A DNA stretch of 64,000 nt, taken from assembly GCA_041648975.1 (NCBI GenBank), contig JBAZNZ010000007.1, positions 4,807-68,806 on the forward strand, written 5' to 3'. Positions 27,791-36,727 of the stretch are shown in pieces. This stretch comes from Candidatus Omnitrophota bacterium. GTDB taxonomy: Bacteria > Omnitrophota > Gorgyraeia > 2-01-FULL-45-10. Every line of letters begins with the position of its first letter. Position 1 is the stretch's first letter. A program made the position numbers and the translations under genes. The notes beneath the pieces were generated by a model, which made no database searches, was not told the DNA's origin, and saw only the letters and a list, made by a program, of their open reading frames with translations.

Positions 27791-28849
27791 ATGAAGACAC
27801 TTAGACGCATAGCGCTTTCGATCTCGTGTATAGCGGCCTTGGCAGTTTTTGCCGCCTATTCTTACGCGGAATTACCTACTGTGGTAATAGTAACGACCGG
27901 CGGTACTATAGCCGAGAAGACAGACCCGAAAACAGGCGGCGCGGTCCCCGCAGTATCCGGCAAGGACCTCATAGAAGCCGTTCCGGGGTTAGGCAAGACC
28001 GCCAATATAGAGGTAGTAAATCTATGTAATATAGATAGCTCACAGATGACGCCCGAGATCTGGTCAAATTTGTCTAAGGCTGTCGATGAGCGCCTCGTCG
28101 ACCCTAAGGTAAAAGGGGCGGTCATTACCCATGGCACCGATACGATGGCTGAAGGGGCATACTTCCTCGGCCTTACCTTAAAGAGCGACAAGCCTGTAGT
28201 ATTTGTAGGCGCGATGCGCGACGCCTCCGATGTATCGCCCGATGGGCCGGCGAACATCCTGAATGCTGTAACGCAAGTCTGTTCGGAAGAGGCGAAAGAT
28301 TTCGGCGTTACCGTAACGCTTAACCAGTATATCAATTCCGCGAGAAACGTGGTGAAGACCAATTCGACCAATGTGCAGACATTCGATTCAGGGGAGAAGG
28401 GTTATCTGGGGTACATAGCGATGGGAAAGGTCATCCGTTATAATGACGCGCCTCCGCGGCAGAGACTTCCTCTTCCCGATAAATTACCAAATGTGACTTT
28501 CCTTAGCACATTTGCAGGAGATGACGGCTCGCTAGCGCGCTTTGCGACGGACAACGGCGCTAAAGGCATAGTGATAGACGCTGTCGGCGCGGGCAACGTC
28601 AACGCGAAAGTTTATGAAGCCGTTAAATACGCTATCTCCAAAGGCGTAGTTGTTGTAATAACCACGAGCGTTTATCATACAGGTGTCTGGCCCATGTACG
28701 GCGACCAGGGCGGCGGCGAGACCCTCGAACGAAACGGCGCCATATTGGGCGGCGACCTGACCGGCGCTAAGGCGCGCCTTCTTCTAATGCTGGCGATAGC
28801 CAAAGAAAAAGGCGACGTGTCCAAAATCAAGACGTATTTTAAGCGCTAA
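27791..28849 (+). CDS. ansB: Periplasmic L-asparaginase type II
   Basis: Signal peptide and the hallmark VTTGGTIAE threonine motif; 352 aa. Confidence 0.8.
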   Translation: MKTLRRIALSISCIAALAVFAAYSYAELPTVVIVTTGGTIAEKTDPKTGGAVPAVSGKDLIEAVPGLGKTANIEVVNLCNIDSSQMTPEIWSNLSKAVDERLVDPKVKGAVITHGTDTMAEGAYFLGLTLKSDKPVVFVGAMRDASDVSPDGPANILNAVTQVCSEEAKDFGVTVTLNQYINSARNVVKTNSTNVQTFDSGEKGYLGYIAMGKVIRYNDAPPRQRLPLPDKLPNVTFLSTFAGDDGSLARFATDNGAKGIVIDAVGAGNVNAKVYEAVKYAISKGVVVVITTSVYHTGVWPMYGDQGGGETLERNGAILGGDLTGAKARLLLMLAIAKEKGDVSKIKTYFKR

Positions 28850-28851
28850 CC

Positions 28852-30207
28852 ATGAATAAAAAAATAACAGCGGCCACTGTAGTATTATGGTTTGTATTTG
28901 CAGCGGCCGCGGTATATGCCGCAGGCGACAAGAACGACGTCTTTGATACATCGAAGTTTAACGACTGGCTGTCTCAGGAGACGGCTAGCGGTAACTGGTC
29001 CGGCCTGCGTCCGACGCTCGAGAACGCTGGCATATCCATATCCTCAAACTATACTACGGATATTGGCGGCAATCCTACAGGTGGGCTCAAGCAGGTCGTT
29101 AAATATTCCGGGTTCCTTTCTCTTGCGGGCGCATTTGATTTCGAGAAGATCGCTTCCATTAAGGGGCTGTCGCTGAAAGTAAGCAATTTCCTGGCCACCG
29201 GCCGCGACATATCGGCGGCCATAGGTTCTTTCTACAGCCCGCAGGAGGTATTTACCTCCGGCGACTACTTTTTCGGCGAGCTCGACCTTTCTCTGTCGGT
29301 ACTTGACGATACTTTTACCTTCGAAGTCGGCCGTATATTCGCCGGAGACATCTTTGCCGTTTCTCCCATGTTCCAGTATTATCTGACAGGCGCGGTAGAC
29401 GGAAGATTGTCCGCCATCCCTTCAGATGTCTTCTTCCCGCATTATAGCGTCGCCGCATGGGGCACGAGGGTTACATATCAGCCGAACAAAGACTGGCATA
29501 TCATAGGAGGCCTCTATAACGCCGATCCGAATGTTGCAATTGTAAAGATGCACGGATCGGATTTTAACTTTGACATGGACAAAGGCTATCTTGCGGTGGG
29601 GCAGCTCACTTACAGGCACGGACAGGAGAGGGGAGGCCTGATCTCGCCCGGAGGCGTCTCATTCGGAAGCTATTACGAGTCCAGCCGGTTTACCGACCTG
29701 TCGAATCCCACCAAGCGCCGGCACGGTAATTACGGCTTCTATCTTATGGCCGATAAGATGATATATAGGGGCGAGTGGCCTGAGTATGAAGGCCCTCCCC
29801 ACATGATGTCAGGCGCAATGATGGCGCAGCGCCTCAAAAAGCCCTATAGCCAGCAAACTACCTTGCCGCTTGACAGGCCGAAGGGGCTTACGGTATGGGG
29901 CGCCGCTGCCATTGCTCCGCAGGACCATATAAATACCCAAACATATGAGATCGCGACCGGCCTCGTCTATCAGGGCCTTCCGCCTAACCGCAACCGCGAT
30001 GTTACGGCTCTCGCTTTTATCCTCGGGCATTTCAGCGGGAAATTAGAAGGTCAGAGCGATGAAATGATTCTGGAATTGAACCACAGGTTCCAACTTGGGC
30101 CGTGGTGCTACGTTACGCCGGATATACAATATATAATAAACCCGAATGGGCAGAGCAATATCAAAGACGCTCTGGTTTTAGGATTAGAAACAAGCTTTAA
30201 CTTTTAA
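28852..30207 (+). CDS. Carbohydrate-selective porin (OprB family) outer-membrane beta-barrel
   Basis: Signal peptide, an OprB-like sequence pattern and a C-terminal ...ETSFNF beta-signal. Confidence 0.5.
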   Translation: MNKKITAATVVLWFVFAAAAVYAAGDKNDVFDTSKFNDWLSQETASGNWSGLRPTLENAGISISSNYTTDIGGNPTGGLKQVVKYSGFLSLAGAFDFEKIASIKGLSLKVSNFLATGRDISAAIGSFYSPQEVFTSGDYFFGELDLSLSVLDDTFTFEVGRIFAGDIFAVSPMFQYYLTGAVDGRLSAIPSDVFFPHYSVAAWGTRVTYQPNKDWHIIGGLYNADPNVAIVKMHGSDFNFDMDKGYLAVGQLTYRHGQERGGLISPGGVSFGSYYESSRFTDLSNPTKRRHGNYGFYLMADKMIYRGEWPEYEGPPHMMSGAMMAQRLKKPYSQQTTLPLDRPKGLTVWGAAAIAPQDHINTQTYEIATGLVYQGLPPNRNRDVTALAFILGHFSGKLEGQSDEMILELNHRFQLGPWCYVTPDIQYIINPNGQSNIKDALVLGLETSFNF

Positions 30208-30268
30208 CGGTTAAGGCCAATTTCCGGAATGTCCGCATTTCCTCAAAACTCCTCAGATCAGTTTTTAC

Positions 30269-30296
30269 TTGTATATCTCCCGAACTCTGATACAAT
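30269..30296 (+). promoter_or_regulatory. Candidate extended -10 promoter (TTGTAT-16-TGaTACAAT) for the HTH and DUF4062 pair
   Basis: A TGnTACAAT element at 30288-30296. Confidence 0.3.
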
Positions 30297-30324
30297 ACGG
30301 AATAAAATGTAATGGAGGAACTAT

Positions 30325-30522
30325 ATGGTAAAAGCACTATCGGAATCATACACTTCAGAAGAAGTCGCGCAGTATCTTAAGCTACATCCTTATACCGTGC
30401 GTCGCCTTGCGCGGGAAAAGAAAATACCGGCTTTTCGCGTCGGAGGCCAGTGGCGATTTAGAAGAGACGATATCGACAGATGGGCACGAGCATACCCTTT
30501 TGTAGATAAGAAAGGGCGCTAA
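30325..30522 (+). CDS. Excisionase-family (MerR-superfamily) helix-turn-helix DNA-binding protein
   Basis: A 65-aa protein with the typical pattern EVAQYLKLHPYTVRRLAREKKIPAFRVGGQWRFRRDDIDRW. Confidence 0.65.
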   Translation: MVKALSESYTSEEVAQYLKLHPYTVRRLAREKKIPAFRVGGQWRFRRDDIDRWARAYPFVDKKGR

Positions 30523-30524
30523 CG

Positions 30525-32036
30525 ATGAAATATAAAATATTCATTAGTAGTGTTCAAAAAGAGTTTAAGGATGAGCGTAAAGCACTGAGAGACTATATTC
30601 ATTCCGACGCGCTGCTCAACCGATTTTTTGAGGTCTTTTTGTTTGAAGATCTACCTGCCAGCAATCGCCATCCGGACAAAGCTTATATAGACGAAGTAAA
30701 AAAGTGCGATATTTACCTTGGTCTTTTTGGCGATCAATATGGCGTTGTGGATGAAAAAGGAATATCCTCGACACATAAAGAGTTTATGTCGGCAAAACAG
30801 CTGGGAAAATCGAGGGTTATCTTTATCAAAGGAAGCGATGATAAGACCCGAGATTCAAAGATGCGTACCTTAATTAAAGAGGCGGGCTCACAGGTTATTC
30901 GCCGTCGCTTTCAAACTACCTCTGAGCTAATTTCTTCGGTCTATGCCAGTTTAGTAAATTATCTGGCAGCCAAAGATCTGCTTCGGGCCGGGCCGTTCGA
31001 TGCCACTATTTGTCGAGATGCATCTCTTAAAGACCTTTCCACGGAAAAAATAAAAAAGTTTATCAGGATAGCGCGAGAAACCAGAGGCTTTCCGCTACGA
31101 GAAAGCGCCCAGCCAAAAGAAGTGTTAGAGCAATTAAATCTTCTCAGGAAAGGCAAACCTACAAATGCCGCAATTCTTCTTTTTGGGAAAGAGCCCCAGC
31201 GCTTTTTAATCTCATCCGAGGTCAAATGCGCGCATTTCCATGGTACCGAAGCTCACAAACCTATTCCCTCTTATCAGGTATATAAAGGAACTGCATTCGA
31301 GGTGACGGATCAGGCGCTCAACTTCGTCCTGTCGAAGATCGATCTTGCTGTAGGTACAAGAGCAAAAAGCGTGCAAGCCCCGGTTGAATATGAAATACCT
31401 CCCGATGTAGTCAGGGAAGCTATTGTTAACGCGGTAGCTCATAGGGATTATACGAGTAACGGCAGCGTTCAGGTGATGCTGTTTTCCAATAGATTGGAAG
31501 TATGGAATCCAGGGACATTGCCACCCTCGCTTACTTTAGACAAGCTACGCAAGCCCCACAGCTCTGTTCCGGCAAATCCGCTTCTTGCGGAATCGCTTTA
31601 TCTTGCCAAGTATATCGAACGTATGGGTACAGGTACAAGAGACATGATTCAAGATTGTAGAAATGCGGGACTTGCGGAACCGGATTTTAGTCTTACAGAC
31701 GGGTTCGTGACTACAGTGTATCGTAAGCCCGGCCGTGCTTTTGAAGCCGTGGGTGGTAAACGGCAATCGGAGTCACCGACCCAGTCACCGACCCAGTCGA
31801 TCGACCCAGTAATTCGTATTTTAGATGCTCTCCGTCGAGGGAACAGAACAGCCGGCGACTTACGCTCCACCTTGGGGATCAAGCATCGCCCTACATTCAG
31901 AACGAACTATTTGCATCCGGCGTTGAAAGAAAAGTTGATCGAATATACCATACCAAATAAACCAACTAGTCGTTTACAGAAATACCGTTTGACTAAAAAA
32001 GGCGCCGAATATTTAAGAAAACGAGGCAAGAAATAA
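30525..32036 (+). CDS. Multidomain ATP-binding protein: N-terminal DUF4062, an AlbA_2 (Schlafen-like) DNA-binding domain, a HATPase_c_4 domain and a C-terminal winged HTH
   Basis: DUF4062 signature IFISSVQKEFKDERKAL. The AlbA_2/HATPase_c_4 part (VREAIVNAVAHRDYTSNGSVQVMLFSNRLEVWNPGTLP) is typical of RecG-C-terminal-like Schlafen ATPases. It starts 3 nt after the HTH gene. Confidence 0.6.
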   Translation: MKYKIFISSVQKEFKDERKALRDYIHSDALLNRFFEVFLFEDLPASNRHPDKAYIDEVKKCDIYLGLFGDQYGVVDEKGISSTHKEFMSAKQLGKSRVIFIKGSDDKTRDSKMRTLIKEAGSQVIRRRFQTTSELISSVYASLVNYLAAKDLLRAGPFDATICRDASLKDLSTEKIKKFIRIARETRGFPLRESAQPKEVLEQLNLLRKGKPTNAAILLFGKEPQRFLISSEVKCAHFHGTEAHKPIPSYQVYKGTAFEVTDQALNFVLSKIDLAVGTRAKSVQAPVEYEIPPDVVREAIVNAVAHRDYTSNGSVQVMLFSNRLEVWNPGTLPPSLTLDKLRKPHSSVPANPLLAESLYLAKYIERMGTGTRDMIQDCRNAGLAEPDFSLTDGFVTTVYRKPGRAFEAVGGKRQSESPTQSPTQSIDPVIRILDALRRGNRTAGDLRSTLGIKHRPTFRTNYLHPALKEKLIEYTIPNKPTSRLQKYRLTKKGAEYLRKRGKK

Positions 32037-32043
32037 CATAGGT

Positions 32044-32113
32044 ACTTGTTATTGGCCAAGGCAAGTAAAATGTAACAAGTTTATTTACATATAGTTATGA
32101 CATTCTTACTTGC
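32044..32113. repeat. Nested imperfect inverted repeats (ACTTGTTA...TAACAAGT and GCAAGTAA...TTACTTGC) just downstream of the DUF4062 gene
   Basis: Two interleaved 8-bp inverted-repeat pairs plus an internal TTGGCCAA palindrome. Confidence 0.4.
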
Positions 32114-32246
32114 TTTTTACGGTAAGGGGCAAAACCGCCGCACCCGACGGAGATTGATCGATACTCTGGTGTAAAGGTATGTTTGTTTGACAGTCAAAAA
32201 TAGCGATTTTAGGGACAATAATGGTGGGATTGTTCCTCAAATCTCC

Positions 32247-32275
32247 TTGACTTCCGTTAACCCCGGGCGTACGAT
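32247..32275 (+). promoter_or_regulatory. Sigma70 promoter TTGACT-17-TACGAT upstream of pyk
   Basis: Exact spacing; the -35 is TTGACT and the -10 is TACGAT. Confidence 0.5.
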
Positions 32276-32309
32276 ACTCAAAATACGATAGTTACATATA
32301 AGGAAATTT

Positions 32310-33335
32310 ATGGTCAGGACAAAGATTATCTGCACGCTCGGCCCGGCGTCATCAAGCGAAACAGCGGTCAGGAAGATGATGCGCGCGGGCATGGATGTCG
32401 CGCGCTTGAATTTCTCGCACGGTAAACCGCAGGAGTTACTCCACAAAACAGGCCTCATACGTCTCTTAAACGCGAAATATAACAGGCGCGTAAAACTTCT
32501 CGGAGATCTTCAGGGCCACCGCATAAGGATAGGTGATCTCGCTATGCCTCTTGAGCTTAAGAGACGCAAGATCATATGGCTTACCCAACAAGAGGTAAGC
32601 AACTCGCGCGAAAAGATACCTTTTGATTATATGGGCCCGCTAGGCAGTATAAAGGACGGATCCCAAGTATTCATAGACGACGGAAACATCGCCCTGGAGG
32701 TTATCGGACGGACAATGAGCAGCCTGAAGACCAGAGTAGAGATCGGCGGCCTGCTGAAAGGGCGCAAAGGGGTGAATATTCCTGAAGCCAGGCTTGAATT
32801 CGGCGGCATAAGCCGGAAGGATATCGATGATATATCTTTTTGCGAAAAACACGGGGTGGAATATATCGCCCAGTCGTTTGTGCGCGCCGGGAATGATATT
32901 TTAGATGTAAGGGGATTGCTTAAGAAAGGGTCGCGGTGCCGGGTCATCGCCAAAATAGAGAATAGGGAAGGTATAAAAAATATAGATGAAATAATCAAGG
33001 TCTCGGACGGCGTCATGATAGCGCGCGGGGATATGGGCGTATCTCTGCCCATCTATGAAATTCCCGTTATTCAGAAGATGATAATAAAAAAATGCAACCG
33101 CGCCGGAAAATTCGTTATCACCGCGACACAGATGCTTGAGAGCATGACCGAAAGCCTCCGGCCTACCCGCGCCGAGGTGACCGATGTGGCAAACGCCATA
33201 ATAGACGGCACGGATTTTGTCATGCTTTCCGCCGAGTCGGCCGTCGGAAAATACCCGGTCGAGACAGTCGCCATGATGAACGATATTATAAAGTTTACAG
33301 AAGGGTACCTGAAACGGCCGATGCGGGAGATATAA
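32310..33335 (+). CDS. pyk: Pyruvate kinase, short form lacking the C-terminal allosteric domain
   Basis: [17 protein letters not shown] and the MIARGDMG motif; 341 aa. Confidence 0.8.
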   Translation: MVRTKIICTLGPASSSETAVRKMMRAGMDVARLNFSHGKPQELLHKTGLIRLLNAKYNRRVKLLGDLQGHRIRIGDLAMPLELKRRKIIWLTQQEVSNSREKIPFDYMGPLGSIKDGSQVFIDDGNIALEVIGRTMSSLKTRVEIGGLLKGRKGVNIPEARLEFGGISRKDIDDISFCEKHGVEYIAQSFVRAGNDILDVRGLLKKGSRCRVIAKIENREGIKNIDEIIKVSDGVMIARGDMGVSLPIYEIPVIQKMIIKKCNRAGKFVITATQMLESMTESLRPTRAEVTDVANAIIDGTDFVMLSAESAVGKYPVETVAMMNDIIKFTEGYLKRPMREI

Positions 33336-34151
33336 GTGTCGTATTTAAAAGTATGCGTTCTTAGAAGCGGCAGCGGCGGTAATTGCGCCGCTATATGGAC
33401 GGCGAGATCCGGTATCCTGATCGATTGCGCGGGCTTAAGTTTGAAGGAATTCGAAAAAGATTTGAGCGATATCGAGTTAGACCCGTCACGGTTAAGCGGT
33501 ATAGTTATAACGCACGGCCATGAAGATCACATCTGCAAAAATACTTTTAAGATAGCCCTCCGCTACGGGATACCGATCTATATCCACCATGACACATATC
33601 AAGTCGTCAGGGAAAGATATTGCATAGAAGACCGTCAATTTAAATTGACGCATCATACGGATAAGCCTTTTATGATAAACGACCTGAAGATCACACCCTT
33701 TAAAACATTCCATAACGGCGGCTATGCGGGCAAGCCGTTCGGTTTTTGTATAGAGCATAGACAGAAGAGTTCGCGCCGAAAGGTGGGCTTTTTAACGGAT
33801 ACTAGCAAGGTAACGGACAGCATGGTCAGGATGCTGCATGATTGCAAATGCCTGATAATCGAATGTAACCATGATGCTGATCTGGCGCAGGAAATATCGC
33901 CGGACCAGTTGACCTGGAGAGAGCACCTTGATAATGAGGCCGCGGCCGAAGCACTGGTAAAGATAAAAAACGGCTCTGCCGACAGCTCCGCGTTAAAGTA
34001 CGTCTTCCTGGCGCATATAAGCGAAAGGCACAACGAGCAAGGAACCCTCATCAGCCGGATATCGGATAGCATCGGTAAAGATAATATTACGGGCTGCGAC
34101 CTGATGTTAACCTATCGCGGGAAAAGGACGCAGGTTAAAGATATACTATGA
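33336..34151 (+). CDS. MBL-fold metallo-hydrolase (YycJ/WalJ-like)
   Basis: LRSGSGGNCAAIW...ILIDCG...ITHGHEDH motif set. A GTG start lies immediately after the pyk stop, and the stop overlaps the next start (ATGA). Confidence 0.7.
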   Translation: MSYLKVCVLRSGSGGNCAAIWTARSGILIDCAGLSLKEFEKDLSDIELDPSRLSGIVITHGHEDHICKNTFKIALRYGIPIYIHHDTYQVVRERYCIEDRQFKLTHHTDKPFMINDLKITPFKTFHNGGYAGKPFGFCIEHRQKSSRRKVGFLTDTSKVTDSMVRMLHDCKCLIIECNHDADLAQEISPDQLTWREHLDNEAAAEALVKIKNGSADSSALKYVFLAHISERHNEQGTLISRISDSIGKDNITGCDLMLTYRGKRTQVKDIL

Positions 34152-35470
34152 AACTATTTACAAGCCGGACAATAACCGCGGACCAGCTGCCGTCGCATAT
34201 CGAAATAAACGATGAATTCAAGTCGGCGTTCCGCCTTATGGAGTATACCAGGGAGTGCATTTATATAACGGGTAAGGCAGGCACCGGCAAATCCACCCTT
34301 CTGAAATATTTCAAGGCCAATACGGGCAAAAAGATAATCGTGCTCGCCCCGACAGGTGTCGCCGCGGTCAATGTAGGCGGCCAGACTATCCATTCTTTCT
34401 TCAGGATGCCTCCGAAGATCATCCAGAAGGACGCGATAAAGCGCCTAAGGGACAGGACCCTGGTCGAGAACCTCGATATGGTGATAATAGACGAGGTATC
34501 GATGGTTCGGGCGGATCTTATGGACGGCATCGACTACGCGCTGCGCCTCAACCGCGGCAAGATGAAGATACCGTTCGGCGGCGTCCAGATGGTATTCTTC
34601 GGGGATCTCTTCCAGCTATCTCCCGTAGTCGAGCATGAAGCGAGGGAATTGCTGGAGGAGCGCTACGCGACTCCATATTTTTTCAGCGCTAAAGTATTTA
34701 ACGATTGTAATTTGAGATCGATCGAGCTATCTACTATATACAGGCAGAAAGACAGTTCATTCATGGAGCTATTGAACAGGATAAGGAATAAAGAATATAC
34801 CGAAGAGGATCTTAATATATTAAACGGGAGGGTGCAGAAGGACGCCGCGGCTCCTAAGAAAGACCATACGGTGATATTGACGACGACGAATAACCTGGCC
34901 AACATGATAAATCAGGACCGCTTATCGAAGCTTCCCGGTAGGGAAGTAACATACGAGGCTATGAAGTCCGGTAAATTCGAAGAGTCGGCGTATCCGTGCC
35001 CTACAGCGTTGAAACTTAAAAAAGGCGCCCAGGTAATATTGATAAGAAACGATCCTAATAAGCAATGGGTTAACGGCACGCTCGCGAAAGTCGTCGCCCT
35101 GTCGGACGATTCGATAGTCGTGGACATAAACGGGCGCGTCTGCGATGTCCCTATCGTCAAATGGCAGAAGATCGAATACAGTTATAACGAGGAAGAGGAC
35201 AAGATAGAAGACGAAGTCGTAGGCGCTTTCGCGCAATATCCCATAAAGCTTGCCTGGGCAATAACTATCCATAAGAGCCAGGGGCAGACTTTCGATAAGG
35301 TCATAATAGATCTCGGGCGCGGCGCGTTCACTCACGGCCAGCTGTATGTCGCGCTTAGCAGGTGCACCAGCCTTGGAGGCATACTGCTCAAACGGCCGGT
35401 GACGCAGAGCGACGTCATATTCGACGAGCGTATCTACTATATAAAGGAGCGGTTTGCCAGCCTGTTTTAA
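34148..35470 (+). CDS. PIF1/RecD-like superfamily-1 DNA helicase
   Basis: Walker A GKAGTGKST, Walker B IIDEVSM, and the C-terminal ITIHKSQGQTFD...LYVALSRC helicase motifs. Confidence 0.75.
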   Translation: MKLFTSRTITADQLPSHIEINDEFKSAFRLMEYTRECIYITGKAGTGKSTLLKYFKANTGKKIIVLAPTGVAAVNVGGQTIHSFFRMPPKIIQKDAIKRLRDRTLVENLDMVIIDEVSMVRADLMDGIDYALRLNRGKMKIPFGGVQMVFFGDLFQLSPVVEHEARELLEERYATPYFFSAKVFNDCNLRSIELSTIYRQKDSSFMELLNRIRNKEYTEEDLNILNGRVQKDAAAPKKDHTVILTTTNNLANMINQDRLSKLPGREVTYEAMKSGKFEESAYPCPTALKLKKGAQVILIRNDPNKQWVNGTLAKVVALSDDSIVVDINGRVCDVPIVKWQKIEYSYNEEEDKIEDEVVGAFAQYPIKLAWAITIHKSQGQTFDKVIIDLGRGAFTHGQLYVALSRCTSLGGILLKRPVTQSDVIFDERIYYIKERFASLF

Positions 35471-35540
35471 GGTAAGCGTCTGAGTATGGAACTTTTTCTG
35501 ATACCGCCTTGTCTAAACATATAGAAAGGAGGCGGATATT

Positions 35541-36095
35541 ATGAAAAATATTTTTAGGCTCAGATCTTTGGCTGTGTTATGCCTGGTGCTCGCGTTGGCT
35601 TGCTCAGAAGCGTACGCACAGGGGGGAGGTTCCGCATGGCGCGGTTCCGGTGGAGATGGACCTAGAGGAGGAGAGGCAAGAGGAAGAGGCGGATGGCACC
35701 ACTATAGTAACGGGCACTGGTACAGGGACGGTTTGTTGTGGTTCGATACGGCTGTTTCGGTTCTCGCCATTGGCGCGCTTATCGACAGGCTGCCGCCGAG
35801 ATACACGACCGTGGTATACGCGGGCGTACCGTATTATTACGCCGAGGGCTATTACTACAGGCCGTATGATCGGGGCGGCTATATAGTTGTCCAGCCGCCG
35901 GTCATAGTTCAGCCGGCCGCGGCCTTTACCGCCGCTTCGCCGGATACGGTAACCATAAATATCCCGAATTCGAAAGGCGGCTTTACACCGGTCGTTTTGA
36001 GAAAAGCGGGGACCGGATATATCGGGCCGCAGGGCGAGTATTATTCCGATAATCCTACGGTGGATCAGTTAAAAACATTATACAGCGGAAAATGA
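35541..36095 (+). CDS. Secreted Gly/Tyr-rich low-complexity protein, hypothetical
   Basis: Signal peptide, a GGGSAWRGSGGDGPRGGEARGRGGWHH stretch and Tyr-rich repeats. Confidence 0.45.
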   Translation: MKNIFRLRSLAVLCLVLALACSEAYAQGGGSAWRGSGGDGPRGGEARGRGGWHHYSNGHWYRDGLLWFDTAVSVLAIGALIDRLPPRYTTVVYAGVPYYYAEGYYYRPYDRGGYIVVQPPVIVQPAAAFTAASPDTVTINIPNSKGGFTPVVLRKAGTGYIGPQGEYYSDNPTVDQLKTLYSGK

Positions 36096-36132
36096 AATTG
36101 TGGTAATATAGGACAAACAAAGGAGCGGGCGT

Positions 36133-36552
36133 ATGAATTCATTAAGAGTAGCGGTTATCGCGGCCATTCTGGTCGCAGTAGTTTTTGGCGGTATTTCTTA
36201 TGCGGATCAGGGCAGACAAGGCAGGCACGGAGACCGGCAGGATAAATGCCAGACGGAGCTGAAGGACCTGAAGGATGCCGCAACGGCCCTCCAGCAATCC
36301 AATCCCGATCTGGCTAAAGGGCTGAACGAGCTTGTAGCTGAAAACGAAAAGAAGATGCAAGAAATGGCCGATATGAAGGCGAAGTGCGAGGCCAGAACGA
36401 AACTCCTCAGGGATTCGGCAGCGTCCCTTCAGAAGGCGAACCCGGAACTGGCGGAAACATTGTGGGATATGAGCAAACCCCGCCCAATGAGGAAGATGGG
36501 CTACGGACAGAAAGAATGCCCTATGCGTATGATGGGTCCACGGGAAGAGTAG
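36133..36552 (+). CDS. Secreted coiled-coil protein, hypothetical (periplasmic stress/metal-associated type)
   Basis: Signal peptide, heptad-like helices, and conserved Cys residues with a C-terminal Met-rich tail. Confidence 0.4.
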   Translation: MNSLRVAVIAAILVAVVFGGISYADQGRQGRHGDRQDKCQTELKDLKDAATALQQSNPDLAKGLNELVAENEKKMQEMADMKAKCEARTKLLRDSAASLQKANPELAETLWDMSKPRPMRKMGYGQKECPMRMMGPREE

Positions 36553-36575
36553 ATTTTATAAGACAGGCGATCGAA

Positions 36576-36609
36576 AAGCGCCGCGATGATTAACCGCGGC
36601 GCTTTTTTA
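36576..36609 (+). terminator. Rho-independent terminator
   Basis: GC-rich stem AAGCGCCGCG/CGCGGCGCTT with loop ATGATTAAC, followed by TTTTTT. Confidence 0.6.
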
Positions 36610-36727
36610 TTCATAGAATGACCATCTTTTTCGCGAGCCTTGCAATTTTATGCTAATTTATGGTATTGTTTTTCAGGAGGGTCGCCGGTAAAAGCGACGG
36701 GCTGATGAGCACACACTGAGGGTTGCT

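Noticed and set aside
26740-27810. 356-aa reverse-strand ORF opposite aspT, and similar long minus-strand ORFs (23231-23863, 37537-38061, 54101-54715, 60272-60880)
   Set aside because: These are low-complexity Ser/Pro/Thr/Ala-rich translations typical of shadow frames in GC-rich coding DNA. Each is fully covered by a well-supported + strand gene.
36384-36593. 69-aa + strand ORF overlapping the end of the coiled-coil gene
   Set aside because: It is an alternative frame of the 36133-36552 gene and runs into the terminator hairpin, with Gly/Pro-rich low complexity.
36690-36725. CTGATGAG motif (hammerhead-ribozyme core-like) in the leader of the STAS gene
   Set aside because: It is only the 8-mer. 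No properly spaced GAAA, helix II or helix III could be found, so it is most likely chance.
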